A stretch of 64,000 nucleotides of DNA from assembly GCA_963816395.1 (NCBI GenBank), contig CAWFKQ010000002.1:45144-109143 (forward strand), written 5' to 3'. This stretch comes from an uncultured delta proteobacterium (GTDB lineage: Bacteria > Desulfobacterota > Desulfuromonadia > Desulfuromonadales > JACZKF01). The position numbers and the translations under genes were made by a program. Positions 1-11,536 of this stretch are shown here, in pieces. Every line of letters begins with the position of its first letter. Within the stretch, counting starts at the first letter, position 1. Below the pieces are notes generated by a model. The model saw nothing but the letters and a program-made list of their open reading frames with translations, did no database searches and was not told where the DNA came from.

Positions 1-425
1 ACGCAGGCGGGCAGGGTCACCAGCACCTGCAGGGGGAGTCCCGCCGTGGATTCGAACATGAAGCGGATGCCCTCGGCACCGAGAACGTTGGCGATTTCGT
101 GCGGATTGGAGACAACCGTGGTCACTCCGTGCGGGACCACGGCCCGGGCGAATTCACGCGGGTGCAGCAGCGAACTCTCCAGGTGCACATGGGCATCGAT
201 GAAGCCGGGGCAGATGAAACGACCTCCCAGGTCGATCACCTGCCTCCCTTCATAATCGGCGCCCACTCCGGCAATCCGGTCATCTGTCAGGGCAATATCG
301 ACGATGCGGGTTTCACCGTCGAGAACATCAATCAGCCGGCCGTTGGTCAAAACCACATCGGCCGGCTCCCTGCCGCGGGCAACGGCAATCCGGCGGGACA
401 GCGCTTGGCGGACTTGGCTGTGCAT
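1..425 (-). CDS. ade: Adenine deaminase (5' part; runs off window edge)
   Basis: Manual translation from ATG at 425: MHSQVRQALSRRIAVARG...PGFIDAHVHLESS...HGVTTVVSNPHEIANVLG; amidohydrolase HxH and PHEIANV motifs. Confidence 0.9.
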   Translation of the reverse strand, partial: MHSQVRQALSRRIAVARGREPADVVLTNGRLIDVLDGETRIVDIALTDDRIAGVGADYEGRQVIDLGGRFICPGFIDAHVHLESSLLHPREFARAVVPHGVTTVVSNPHEIANVLGAEGIRFMFESTAGLPLQVLVTLPAC

Positions 426-532
426 ACAACAACAATTAACCGCCGAAGTTGGCGAAGGTCAAGGGGAGGGGAGAGAATAACGGGGAAGTTCTTTACAGTG
501 AATATTTAGTTTATATAATGAAATAATCGAAA

Positions 533-1077
533 CTACGGTAGAGGGAGGAGTCCATGAGGGGAATGGTGCCGAAATATTTCGTCGGTCAGGAGGGGGATTT
601 CGAAACTCTCGATTCCTTCGGCAACCCGCGCGAGAAACTGGCAGGACGCATTCTGCAACTGACGGACAGCCGGGATGCCCTGTACGCCACTATCGACGAC
701 GGCCGGCAAACGGTTTCCGTACGTCTCGGTTAATCCGGAGGATTTTTTTTCCGGAGCAGACCGAACAGAAAGTCTACGGAGGTGGGTATTTCGCTTGCCT
801 TCGGGTGCTCTCCGGCTGAAGCTCCTTGCTCCGCCGACCCCATTTCCCACCGGAGGATGTCGCCGGCCATGAATTCCACATGCCGGATAGCGCGACCGGT
901 CAAATCAGTCGGGCACTTGCCGAAGATCTCCACCGGTCCGTAATGTCCCGCCGTCGTTGAACTCCCGAAGGCATGCGGTGCAGAAAGCTCGCCGGACACC
1001 ACCGCACACCATTCGGCGTCCCGGTGCTCCAGTTGGATGGTAAATTGTCCCTTAACCGTGGTGAGAGTCAGGCGCAT
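533..1077 (-). CDS. Hypothetical protein, probably one gene split by an indel at the T8 run (~743-750)
   Basis: ORF 730..1077 ends just after the homopolymer; ORF 533..850 continues in another frame; no family recognised. Confidence 0.45.
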
Positions 1078-1126
1078 GGAAACAGCATCTTCCTGTGCGG
1101 ATTAAAGAGTCTTCCGGGTAATCGTT

Positions 1127-1142
1127 TGCAAGCTTCATTCCA
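1127..1142 (-). promoter_or_regulatory. Putative sigma-54 (-24/-12) promoter of the hypothetical gene
   Basis: Minus strand TGGAATGAAGCTTGCA = GG-N10-GC, about 50 nt upstream of ATG 1077. Confidence 0.45.
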
Positions 1143-1401
1143 TTCGGATTAAAAATCCGAAAACCCGCCCCAGAGCAGAGCCTGTGGGATTCTCAACCAA
1201 AGATTAAAACGCCCGAATCGGTCATCTCGCGTCCCGCCGCAACGGCGGGCGGCCGACCGGCGCCCGGTTAGCTGCGAACGATTTCTAACCCGCTGAATTC
1301 TCTCGTTCTGGAGGTAACCGGAGGATCGGTTTCGGGTTGTCGGGGTAAGGCGGGTACTGAACGCCATAAGGCGGGCATTGGCGCGGAGGGGGCAGAAAAA
1401 G

Positions 1402-1432
1402 AAAAAGGATCGGCTTTTCAGCCGACCCTTTT
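1402..1432 (-). terminator. Intrinsic terminator downstream of tRNA-Ala
   Basis: Hairpin aaggatcggct-tttc-agccgaccctt flanked by A and T runs. Confidence 0.7.
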
Positions 1433-1438
1433 GATTTT

Positions 1439-1514
<76 letters not shown>

Positions 1515-1567
1515 GTGACAGGAGCCACTTTATAGCAAAGGGTTTCTGGCGTGTCAATGAAAAAAAC

Positions 1568-1675
1568 AGGCTGGAGGCTAGAGGCAAGGGTGCTGTAGGT
1601 CAAGGCAAAAAGTAGAGGGCAAACCAAAGGATAGACCTGTTTTCCTCTTGCCGCTAGCCTTTAGCCTCTGGCCTG
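1568..1675. repeat. Heptamer-based inverted repeat (AGGCNAG family)
   Basis: AGGCTGG AGGCTAG AGGCAAG ... CTTGCCG CTAGCCT TTAGCCT CTGGCCT. Confidence 0.7.
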
Positions 1676-1677
1676 TT

Positions 1678-2966
1678 TTAAACCGCCAGGCTGATGACGG
1701 AGAAAATGGCGGCGGCGATCAGGAACCAGTTGCATTCGTGGATACGGCCGAGGAGGAGGCGGATCAGTACGTAGGAGAGAAAACCAAAAGCCAGACCGGT
1801 GGCAATGGAGTAGGTCAGGGGCATCAGAAGGAAGGTGAGAAAAGCGGGGGCACCTTCCTCAAAACGATGAAAATCAATGCCGCCGATGCCGCGCATCATG
1901 AAGATTCCGACGACGATCAGCGCCGGGGCGGTGGCGTAAGAGGGGACGGCGGCAATCAGCGGGGTGAAGAAGGCAGCAAAGAGAAAGAGGGCGGCGGTTG
2001 TCACCCCGGTCAAACCGGTCCGGCCACCGTCGGCGACGCCGCTGGCCGATTCGATGAAAGGCCGTGGTGGTACTCGTCCCGAGCAGGGCGCCGCCGATGG
2101 TGGCGAGGGCATCGGCGGTCAGCATCCGAGGCAGGCCAGGCACTTCCCCCTGCTCATCAGTCATCCCGGCTTCCCGACAGACCGCCAGCATCGTCCCGAG
2201 GCTGTCGAAGAGATCGACAAACATGAAAGAGAAGATGCTCGACCAGAGGGATACCTTCAGGGCTCCCAGGATATCAAGGTGCAGTGCGATGGGCGCCGGC
2301 GAGGGGGGGATGGCGGCCAGGCCAGCCGGCCAGGGGGATAGCCCCAGGACAGAAACCGAGCAGGGTGGTGGCCAGTATGGCGAGCAGCAGGGAGCCGCGC
2401 ACTTTCCGGACCTCAAGCAGGATGGCCAGCAGCAGCCCGAGCAGACCGAGCAGCGCCGCCGGGGTAAGACGCCCGAGTTGCACCAGAACCGCCTGGCTCT
2501 TCACCACCAGCCCGAGATTCTGCAGGCCGATAAAGGCGATGAACAGGCCGATTCCTACTGAAGTCGCCAGGCGCAGGGAGGCGGGGATGGCCCGCGCCAG
2601 CCGTTCGCGTACCCCCAGCAGGGTAAGCAGGAGAAAAAAGACCCCTGAAAGGAAGACGACGCCGAGGGCGGTGGGCCAGGGCACTCCCTCCTTCAGCACC
2701 AGGGTATAGGTGAAGAAGGCGTTGAGACCCATTCCCGGGGCCATCATCAGTGGGGCGTTGGCCCAGACCGCTACCAGCAGTGTGGCGAGGCTCGCTGCCA
2801 GGCAGGTGACGGTGGTCAGCGCTCCCTTGTCCATCCCGGCCTGGGAAAGGATGGAAGGATTGACGATGATGATGTAGGCGGCGGTCAGAAAGGTGGTGGT
2901 GCCGGCGACCAGTTCAGTGCGGACGCCGGTACCGTGCCGGCGGAGTTGAAACAGGCGATCGAGCAT
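1678..2966 (-). CDS. NCS2/AzgA family purine (adenine/guanine/hypoxanthine) permease; two apparent frameshifts (~2345, ~2060)
   Basis: Three consecutive frames give AGTTTFLT..IIVNPSIL, APGMGLNAFF, DLFDSLGT, IESASGVADGGRTGLT, MPLTYSIATG. Confidence 0.9.
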
Positions 2967-3035
2967 GGGTTAAATCCAGGCAAGCGGTTGGAGGGAAAAG
3001 GCAGGCACAGCGGGATTTCCCATTGCCCGGAGCCT

Positions 3036-3386
3036 CTAGCCCGCCTTCTTCTCCTTGAACATGATGAGCAGCATCTTAAAACGTTCAACGGCCCGTACCC
3101 GGTGGGAGATCCCGCCGGGCATGAGGACGATCTCGCCGGCCCTGACGGTGACTGGTTTGCCGCCGATGGAGATCTCGGCCTGACCGTCGAGGACCTGGAT
3201 GAAAGCGTTGAAGGGAACGGTATGTTCGGAAAGGGCTTGCCCCTGGTCGAAGCTGAAGACGGTCAGGGTGCCGCTGTCCGTCTGCAGCAGGGTGCGGCTG
3301 ACGATGGAACCGGCCTGGTACTGGGTCATCTCGGCTAAGTTGTGGGCTACAGCGCCTTCGATGTTGACGCAGGGATCGGCAGTCAT
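3036..3386 (-). CDS. Cupin domain protein
   Basis: FDQGQALSEHTVPFNAFIQVLDG...MPGGISHRV cupin motifs; AGGAGG RBS. Confidence 0.85.
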   Translation of the reverse strand: MTADPCVNIEGAVAHNLAEMTQYQAGSIVSRTLLQTDSGTLTVFSFDQGQALSEHTVPFNAFIQVLDGQAEISIGGKPVTVRAGEIVLMPGGISHRVRAVERFKMLLIMFKEKKAG

Positions 3387-3428
3387 GGCAACCTCCTTGA
3401 GGGAATTCAGTCTCGTTTTAATTATACC

Positions 3429-4103
3429 TCAGCGGGCAGGTTGCCGCCCATCCGGCGTTGCCTCGTTGATCTGGTCCCAGAGAATTTCGATATCGCGGGA
3501 CAGGGCCGGACTGGAGGTGCGCTTGGCGGCGCGGTAAAGGGAGCCGAGGGTGGTTTTCTCATCACCGAGGCGGTAGGAGGCCAGGGAGGCATGATAGAGG
3601 ATGGCGGCCGCCAGATCGTCCCCCGGATTCTGGGCCAGGGCCTGTTCGAAGAACTGCAGCGCTTCCCTGTCCCGTTCCTTCCGCAGGGCCAGGACTCCCA
3701 GGAGGTCGGCGCGGGCGGCGGATCCTTCGGGAAGTTCGGTCAGCAACTTGTGGGCCTTGCCGATGCCATCGAGTTTGAAGACGTAGAGGAGGGCAAGGCG
3801 ATGGAGGATCTCCGGCCGCCGGGGGTCCTCTTCCGGCAGCAGATTCAGGGCTCGGAGATATGCGCGCCGGGCGGCGCCCAGCTCGCCGCTGCATTCCAGC
3901 AACTCACCGCGCCGCAGGTTGAGGCTGCTGTCCGCCGGCTGGTACTCGATGGCTTGACCGAGGCGCTTGGCGGCGGCGGGGAAATCCCGGGCGGCGGCCA
4001 GTTCCTCGGCCTGCCGGCGGAAAGTTTCCGCTGCCTGGGGGTCGGGTGCCACAGTGGCGCAGCCGGCGAACAGGAGCAATAACAGGAGAAATAGAGACTT
4101 CAT
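3429..4103 (-). CDS. TPR-repeat lipoprotein
   Basis: Lipobox FAGC after a hydrophobic signal; helical TPR-like repeats. Confidence 0.75.
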   Translation of the reverse strand: MKSLFLLLLLLFAGCATVAPDPQAAETFRRQAEELAAARDFPAAAKRLGQAIEYQPADSSLNLRRGELLECSGELGAARRAYLRALNLLPEEDPRRPEILHRLALLYVFKLDGIGKAHKLLTELPEGSAARADLLGVLALRKERDREALQFFEQALAQNPGDDLAAAILYHASLASYRLGDEKTTLGSLYRAAKRTSSPALSRDIEILWDQINEATPDGRQPAR

Positions 4104-4117
4104 CTGCCGGTGATGGA

Positions 4118-4147
4118 AAAAGGCCGGAGAAAAACTCTCCGGCCTTT
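4118..4147. terminator. Terminator hairpin after purC
   Basis: aaaggccggaga-aaaac-tctccggccttt. Confidence 0.7.
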
Positions 4148-4153
4148 GTCAGC

Positions 4154-5044
4154 CTAAAGGGTGATCCCGGTCAGCCGGGTGAGAGCCTCCAGGTATTTTT
4201 CCCCCGTCTGACGGACGATTTCCGGCGGCAGGGGGGGCGGCGGCGCCTTTTTCCCCCAGTCGAGGGTCTCCAGGTAATCGCGCAGAAACTGCTTGTCGAA
4301 ACTGGGTTGGGGGCCGCCCGGTCGATATCTGTCCTTGGGCCAGAAGCGTGAGGAGTCGGGGGTAAGGGCCTCGTCGATCCAGATCAGGCGCTCCTCATGG
4401 ATGCCGAACTCGAACTTGGTATCGGCGATGATGATCCCCCGGGTCTCGGCATAGTCGCGGGACCGCCGGTAAATGGCCAGGGTGGCGTCCCGGGCCTGCT
4501 CGGCCAGGTCGCGGCCGCACAGTTCGGCTGTTTTTTCGAAGGAGATATTCTCGTCGTGCTCGCCGAGTTCGGCCTTGGTCGAGGGAGTGAAAATCGGCTC
4601 AGGCAATTGCGCGCTCTCCAGCAGCCCCGGCGGCAGGGCAATGCCGCTGATGCTCCCCGACTGCCGGTACTCTTTCCAGCCGGAGCCGGCAACGTAGCCG
4701 CGCACGATGCACTCAACCGGCAGCGGTCGGGCTTTTTTCACCAGCATGCTGCGGCCGGCCAGCTGGTCCCGGTAGCGGTGGGTGACTGCCGGAAAGTCGC
4801 CGATCTCGGTGGCGACGATGTGGTTGGGGATGATATCGGCCATCTTCTCGAACCAGAACCGGGAGATCTGGGTCAGAACAAAGCCCTTGTGGGGAATGCC
4901 CTGATCCATGATGACGTCGAAGGCGGAGATGCGGTCGCTGGTGACGATCAGCAGGTGCTCGCCAAGATCGTAGATGTCCCTGACTTTCCCCCGGTTGACC
5001 AGCTGGAGATCAGGGAAGCTGGTCTGCATGACGATCTGGGTCAT
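4154..5044 (-). CDS. purC: SAICAR synthetase
   Basis: [52 protein letters not shown]. Confidence 0.98.
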   Translation of the reverse strand: MTQIVMQTSFPDLQLVNRGKVRDIYDLGEHLLIVTSDRISAFDVIMDQGIPHKGFVLTQISRFWFEKMADIIPNHIVATEIGDFPAVTHRYRDQLAGRSMLVKKARPLPVECIVRGYVAGSGWKEYRQSGSISGIALPPGLLESAQLPEPIFTPSTKAELGEHDENISFEKTAELCGRDLAEQARDATLAIYRRSRDYAETRGIIIADTKFEFGIHEERLIWIDEALTPDSSRFWPKDRYRPGGPQPSFDKQFLRDYLETLDWGKKAPPPPLPPEIVRQTGEKYLEALTRLTGITL

Positions 5045-6994
5045 ATCTGGCTGTTCTCCCCTTTGAGCGAAGATGCGATATTCGGCGAAATGGTGATTTC
5101 GGCCTGGCTGCGCAGGTCCTTCAGGCGCTTCTCCAGTGCCTGATCCTTCTCCTGATTGAGCAGCGCCTGCCGCAGTTCTTCGCGCTTGGTCTGGTTCAGG
5201 GCGTCCATATCGGCTGCCTGGCGGTCGGTGAGCATGGCGACCACGAAGTTGCCGTTCTGCTCAAAGACCTGGTCGGGCACCGGCGCCTCCCGGGTCAGCC
5301 CGTAGGCCGCCTTGGCCAGCTCCTCCGAATTCCCCAGGCGGGGGATCAGGGAGCCGTAGGCACGGCTGAACAAACCGGTTTCCTCGACCTTCAGCCCCTG
5401 GGCACGGGCCAGAGAGTCGAGCGCTTTTCCCTGCCGCAGGTCGGCCAGGATCTTTTCCGCCGTCTGCCGGGCCAGCTTCCTGCGCCTTCTCCTGGCGGTA
5501 AGCCTGTTCCACCTTGCCGCGCACCTCGGCCAGTTCCGGCCGGCGGCTTTCCCGGCGATCCTTGAGGGCGAACAGGACCACCCCCTGGGGCAGGATTACC
5601 GGCCTGGCCAGTTCGCCTGGCTGCATGCTGAAGACGGTGGCGGCGATTTCCGGAGCCTCCCCCAGGCCGTCGATGCTTCCCTGCCGATCGAAGTAGCCGG
5701 TCTCCCGTATCTTCATGCCGTTGGCTTCGGCGGCTTTGTCCAGGCTGCCGCCCTGGCGGTTGACATTGTAGGCGTCGATCGCCTTCTCGTAGGCGAGTTT
5801 TTGCGCCTTTTCCGCCTGCAGCCCCGTCTTAACGGTCTCCGCTACTTCGGCGAAGGGCTTCACCCCGGCATCGATGTGCTGCTCCACTTTGATGATGTGG
5901 AAACCGAAGGGAGATTCGACGATATCGCTGATCTGCCCGGGCGCCAGGGAAAAGGCGGCCTTCTCGAAAGGGGCGACCATGGTGCCGCGGGGAAACAGGC
6001 CGAGCTCGCCACCCTTGGCGGCGCTGCCGGGGTCATCGGAATATTTCTTCGCCAGTTGGGCAAAGTCCTGCCCAGCGCGGGCTTTTTCCAGGACTTCCGC
6101 GGCCAGCTTCCGCTTCTGCTCCTTCAATTCGGGGCTGGCATCGGGCGGGAGCTTGATCAGGATGTGAGCGGCCTTGACCTGCTCGGGAATCTCGAATTGG
6201 TCGAGGTGGTGCCGATAATAGCCCTGGAGTTCCCCGTCCTCATAGGTGACATCTTTGGCATATTGGCCGGGCTCGAAAAGCAGGTAGCGCAAGGATGCCG
6301 TTTCGGGAAGCCGGAACGCCTCCTGGTGCTCAGTGAAATAGCTCTTCAGCGCCGCCTCATCCACTTTGACCCGGCTTTCGAAAAGGGCGGGGGAGAGGCG
6401 CACGAAAGCGAGGGCTATTTTCTCGTTGCGGTCGCGGTATTCCTTGGCGATCGCATCATCGGATACCGTCACCCCCTGCTGGATTTTGTCGCGAATTTTC
6501 TCGATCAGCAGCTGCCGCTGCTCCATCTTTTCGAAATCATCGGGATTCAGACGCTGGCTGGCCAGCACCCGCAGATAGCGGTCCCGGCTGAAAGCGCCGT
6601 TATCCTGGAAGGCGGGAATTTCGGCAATCGCCTTCACCAGTTCCTTGCGGGAGACCTCGAGGCCCTGACGTCCGGCTTCCTGCACCAGCAGGGTTTCCTC
6701 CACCAGGGCGTCCAGCGCCTGTTGGCGCAGCCCCAGCTTCTTTTCCAGGGCCGGGGTGAATTTTTCGCGGTAAACATTCTGGTACATGCGGTACAGATTG
6801 CTGTAGGCGTTCTGGTAATCATCGTAGCCAATGCGCGTACCGTTCACCACGGCGGCCATGGTGGGGTCCTTTTCGCCCCGCTCCGAGCCTTTTCCCCACA
6901 CCAGGAAGATGGTGCCGACAAAGGTGGCGATAATGGCCCAGAAGACCACTTTGATGATGACGGTTTTCTGTTTCTTGCGGATCAAATCCAGCAT
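5041..6994 (-). CDS. ppiD: PpiD/SurA-type peptidyl-prolyl isomerase chaperone; apparent frameshift ~5478
   Basis: N-terminal TM anchor, SurA_N domain, parvulin motifs ([29 protein letters not shown]); C-terminus continues in ORF 5041..5373. Confidence 0.85.
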
Positions 6995-7169
6995 CGGGGA
7001 AAGGTCTCCTTTGGTGTCGCTGAGTGGTGACAAACAGGGTCGCATGTTAGTCAATCAGGGTTAGAAATGCAACAGAATTTTCCTTTTCCAGCTTGCGGAT
7101 AGGGCTGATTTCTGATAACGTGAGGCGCATTTTTACAGCAGTCCTGGAATGCCCCGGGGCTGTGGCTGA

Positions 7170-8231
<1,062 letters not shown>

Positions 8232-8332
8232 GGCGAACCATTCGCCACCGGGAATATACGGCGTTGGCGCACACTGGTGCTGCCGGGGAGGGAAACTGCT
8301 CCTCCCTTTTCGCCGGAACCGGGAGATAACCG

Positions 8333-9151
8333 GTGCTGGAACTGCTGAAAAAATATCGGACCCCCCTGCTGGCGAGCTGCCTGATCCTGGTTGCTCTGCT
8401 CATCTATTCGGCCAACCTGCGGCACCAGGACCAGACAACCTTTTTCGAAAGGTCCGTTCTGCAGGTGACCGCTCCCCTGCAGAAGGGGATCGACGCCACC
8501 TGCAAGGCAATTTCCGGATGGTGGCGCCATTACCTCTGGCTGGTCGAGACCGAGCGGGAAAACGAGCGGCTGCGGCTGGAAAACCGGCAGCTGCAGGCCG
8601 AACTCGGTCGCCTGGAAGAGGTCCGTCTGGCCAACGAACGGTTGCGCGGGCTTCTGCAGTTCAAGGAAAAAATCGATCTGCCGGTTCTGCCGGCGCAGGT
8701 GATCGCCGAGGATGCCTCAAGCTGGTTCCGGACCGTGGTCATCGACAAGGGGAGTGAGGACGGGGTTCGCGAGGGGCTGCCGGTGGTGGTGGCGGAAGGA
8801 GCTGCGGGGCGGATCCTTTCCTGCGCTCCCCACCAGTCGCGGGTCCTGCTGGTCACCGATGCTTCCTCCGGCATCGCCGCTCTGGTGCAGCGCGACCGAA
8901 CCCGCGGCGTCATCCGGGGGCAGGGGGACAGCCTTTCTTTTGAATATGCCCTGCGCCAGGCGGATCTCGAGGTGGGGGACGAAGTGATAACCTCCGGCAC
9001 CGGCGGTGTTTTTCCCAAAGGGGTGCCGGTCGGCCGCATCACCCGGGTCAGCCGTGAGAATTTTGGTCTTTTTCAGACGGTGGAAGTGGCACCCTTTGTT
9101 GATTTCTCCCGTCTGGAAGAAGTCCTGGTTCTCCTGAAGGCTGCTCGATGA
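8333..9151 (+). CDS. mreC: Rod shape-determining protein MreC
   Basis: TM plus coiled coil, IDKGSEDG, TSGTGGVFPKG; position in mre operon. Confidence 0.95.
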   Translation: MLELLKKYRTPLLASCLILVALLIYSANLRHQDQTTFFERSVLQVTAPLQKGIDATCKAISGWWRHYLWLVETERENERLRLENRQLQAELGRLEEVRLANERLRGLLQFKEKIDLPVLPAQVIAEDASSWFRTVVIDKGSEDGVREGLPVVVAEGAAGRILSCAPHQSRVLLVTDASSGIAALVQRDRTRGVIRGQGDSLSFEYALRQADLEVGDEVITSGTGGVFPKGVPVGRITRVSRENFGLFQTVEVAPFVDFSRLEEVLVLLKAAR

Positions 9152-9685
9152 CCCGCATTTTCGCCTACTTTCTGCTCGGCTTCATTTTCGTCCTGGTGCA
9201 GACCTCGCTGTTTGCCCGCTGCCTCCCCATGTTTCTGAAACCCGATCTGCTGCTGATTCTGGTCATCTATCTGGGGCTGAACGAAAAATACGTGCGGGGA
9301 GGGCTTCTCGCCTATCTCCTGGGCTGCCTGGAGGATGTTTTCGCCGGTCACTACCTCGGTCTTTACGGTTTCGCCCTGCTGGTTACCTTTTTCGCTGTGC
9401 GGGGGTTGGCCGGACGCCTGAACACCGAAAGCTCGCTGCTGCTGCTGAGCATGGTTTTCGGCGGCACTATTCTGCAGAGCGTTCTGCTCTTCTTCTCCCT
9501 CGGTTTCTTTGCCGATACCGGTCCCCTCTCCGTCATTTTCTTCGGCAGGCTGCTGCCGCAGATTCTGCTCAACCTGGCCGCCGCCCTGCTGCTGCTGCAG
9601 TTGGTTGCCGTGGCTGCGCCGGCACTTGGTGCCGCGGGCGGAAATACCAGGGCTGCGGCACCTGAACGATCGTTATGGCTCTTAA
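9148..9685 (+). CDS. mreD: Rod shape-determining protein MreD; probable indel near 9603, corrected stop 9685
   Basis: Hydrophobic protein with KPDLLLIL and GCLEDVF motifs, between mreC and mrdA. Confidence 0.85.
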
Positions 9686-11534
9686 TTCCGGCTGGGCCGG
9701 TTCTCCCGGTCTGCGCAACCGTTTCCTGATCTTCTCCCTGGCAGCGATCGGCATATTTCTCCTGCTGATCCTGCGCCTGTGGTACCTGCAGGTCATCAGT
9801 ACCGAGCGCTACCGTGATCTGTCGGAAAAAAACCGCGTCCGCTATATCCCCATCGTCGCCTCCCGCGGCCCGATCTTCGACCGTGACGGCAAGATGCTGG
9901 TGGACAACCGGCCGGCGTTCACCATTTCCGTGCTGCGCCAGGAGGTCGACGACCGCAATCAGCTGCTGGAGCGGCTCTCCAAATACCTTGGGGTGCCGGA
10001 GAAGGACCTGTTGCAGCGCTGGGAGGCAGGAAGCCGCTTCCCCCGGTATCGGCCCTTTCCGCTGGCCGACGACGTGAGCCGCGACATTCTCGAGAAGGTG
10101 CAGGAGAATTCCGTCGATCTGCCGGGGATCATGGCCGAGGTCCGGCCCCTGCGTTCCTATCCGAACGGAGAGATGGCGGCCCACCTCTTCGGCTATCTGG
10201 GAGAGATTACCGAGAGTGACCTGCGGAGGCAGACGGAAGACGAGTACCGGCCGGGTGACTATATCGGCAAAAGCGGTCTGGAGAAAAAACTGGAAAATTA
10301 CCTCCGGGGCACCGGCGGGGAGCGGCGGGTGGAGGTGGATGTGCGGGGAAAGGAACTGCGCCAGCTCAAAGTCCTGGAGCCGGTTCCCGGCGACCGGGTC
10401 TATCTGACCATGCAGCTCGATCTGCAACGCGCCACGGAAGCCGCCTTCGGCGATCAGGCGGGAGCGGCAGTGGTTCTGGATGTCCATACCGGCGAGGTGC
10501 TGGCGATGGTCAGCCGCCCTTCCTTCGATCCCGCCGCCTTTGCCCGTGGGATCTCCGGTGAAGAGTGGATCCGCCTGCTCCAGGATGCCCGTCATCCGCT
10601 GCAGAACAAGGCGATCAAGGGGCAGTATCCGCCCGGCTCCACCTTCAAGATCGTGACCGCCCTGGCCGCTCTTAAGGCAGGGGTGATCACCCCCGCTACT
10701 ACGGTTTTTTGTTCCGGGAAATTCGAACTGGGAACCCGGGAGTTCCGCTGCTGGAAAAGGGGTGGGCACGGCACCGTCGATCTGAAGAAGGCGCTCCGGG
10801 AGAGCTGCGACGTCTACTTCTATAAGGTCGGCCTGGAGTTGGGCATCGATCGGATCGCTGATATGGCCCGGTCTCTCGGCCTGGGGGCGCCCCTGGGTTT
10901 TCCGCTGGAGGGCGAGAAGGGAGGGCTGATCCCGACCAGGGAATGGAAGCAGAAGCGTTTCCAGGATCGCTGGTATGACGGAGAGTCGATCATCGCCGCC
11001 ATCGGTCAGGGTTACGTTCTGGTCACCCCTTTGCAACTGGCGGTGATGACGGCAGCGGTGGCCAATGGTGGCACGGTCCTGCGGCCGCGCTTGATTAAAC
11101 GGGTGGAAGATCTGGCTGGGAAAGATCTGCTGGAAACCAGCCCTGAGGTGATCGATTCCCTGGGTCTGCGCCCAGGTGATCTGCGCAATGTGCAGCGCGG
11201 CATGGAGGCGGTGGTCAATGAACCTCACGGAACCGGCGGGGCCAGCCGTCTGGATGGCGTCAGGGTGGCGGGGAAAACCGGCAGCGCTCAGGTGGTCAAG
11301 CTGAAAGAGGATCGCAACAAGAACGAAGCGACCATTCCCTACCGTTTTCGGGATCACGCTCTGTTCATCGCCTATGCGCCGGCTGACCATCCGCAGATCG
11401 CAGTGGCGGTGGTGGTGGAGCACGGAATGCACGGCGGCAGCGCCGCCGCCCCCATCGCCCGAGCCATTTTCGAAAGCTATTTCGGCATATCGCCAAAGGC
11501 GACGGGTGTCGAAATGGATAATCCCGGAGACTGA
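9675..11534 (+). CDS. mrdA: Penicillin-binding protein 2
   Basis: PGSTFK (SxxK), SCD (SxD), KTG motifs; RGPIFDR dimerisation domain. Confidence 0.97.
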   Translation: MALNSGWAGSPGLRNRFLIFSLAAIGIFLLLILRLWYLQVISTERYRDLSEKNRVRYIPIVASRGPIFDRDGKMLVDNRPAFTISVLRQEVDDRNQLLERLSKYLGVPEKDLLQRWEAGSRFPRYRPFPLADDVSRDILEKVQENSVDLPGIMAEVRPLRSYPNGEMAAHLFGYLGEITESDLRRQTEDEYRPGDYIGKSGLEKKLENYLRGTGGERRVEVDVRGKELRQLKVLEPVPGDRVYLTMQLDLQRATEAAFGDQAGAAVVLDVHTGEVLAMVSRPSFDPAAFARGISGEEWIRLLQDARHPLQNKAIKGQYPPGSTFKIVTALAALKAGVITPATTVFCSGKFELGTREFRCWKRGGHGTVDLKKALRESCDVYFYKVGLELGIDRIADMARSLGLGAPLGFPLEGEKGGLIPTREWKQKRFQDRWYDGESIIAAIGQGYVLVTPLQLAVMTAAVANGGTVLRPRLIKRVEDLAGKDLLETSPEVIDSLGLRPGDLRNVQRGMEAVVNEPHGTGGASRLDGVRVAGKTGSAQVVKLKEDRNKNEATIPYRFRDHALFIAYAPADHPQIAVAVVVEHGMHGGSAAAPIARAIFESYFGISPKATGVEMDNPGD

Positions 11535-11536
11535 CA

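Noticed and set aside
426..462. Leaderless promoter for ade (TTGACC-17-TTAATT, 8 nt before ATG)
   Set aside because: The -10 match is poor; cannot be supported without TSS data
1200..1280. Second GEMM riboswitch (GGCGGGACGC on the minus strand)
   Set aside because: Lacks the GCAAA, GNRA loop and CGCAAAG core
2967..3035. Purine riboswitch ahead of the NCS2 permease or ade
   Set aside because: No purine-aptamer consensus, and the spacer is too short
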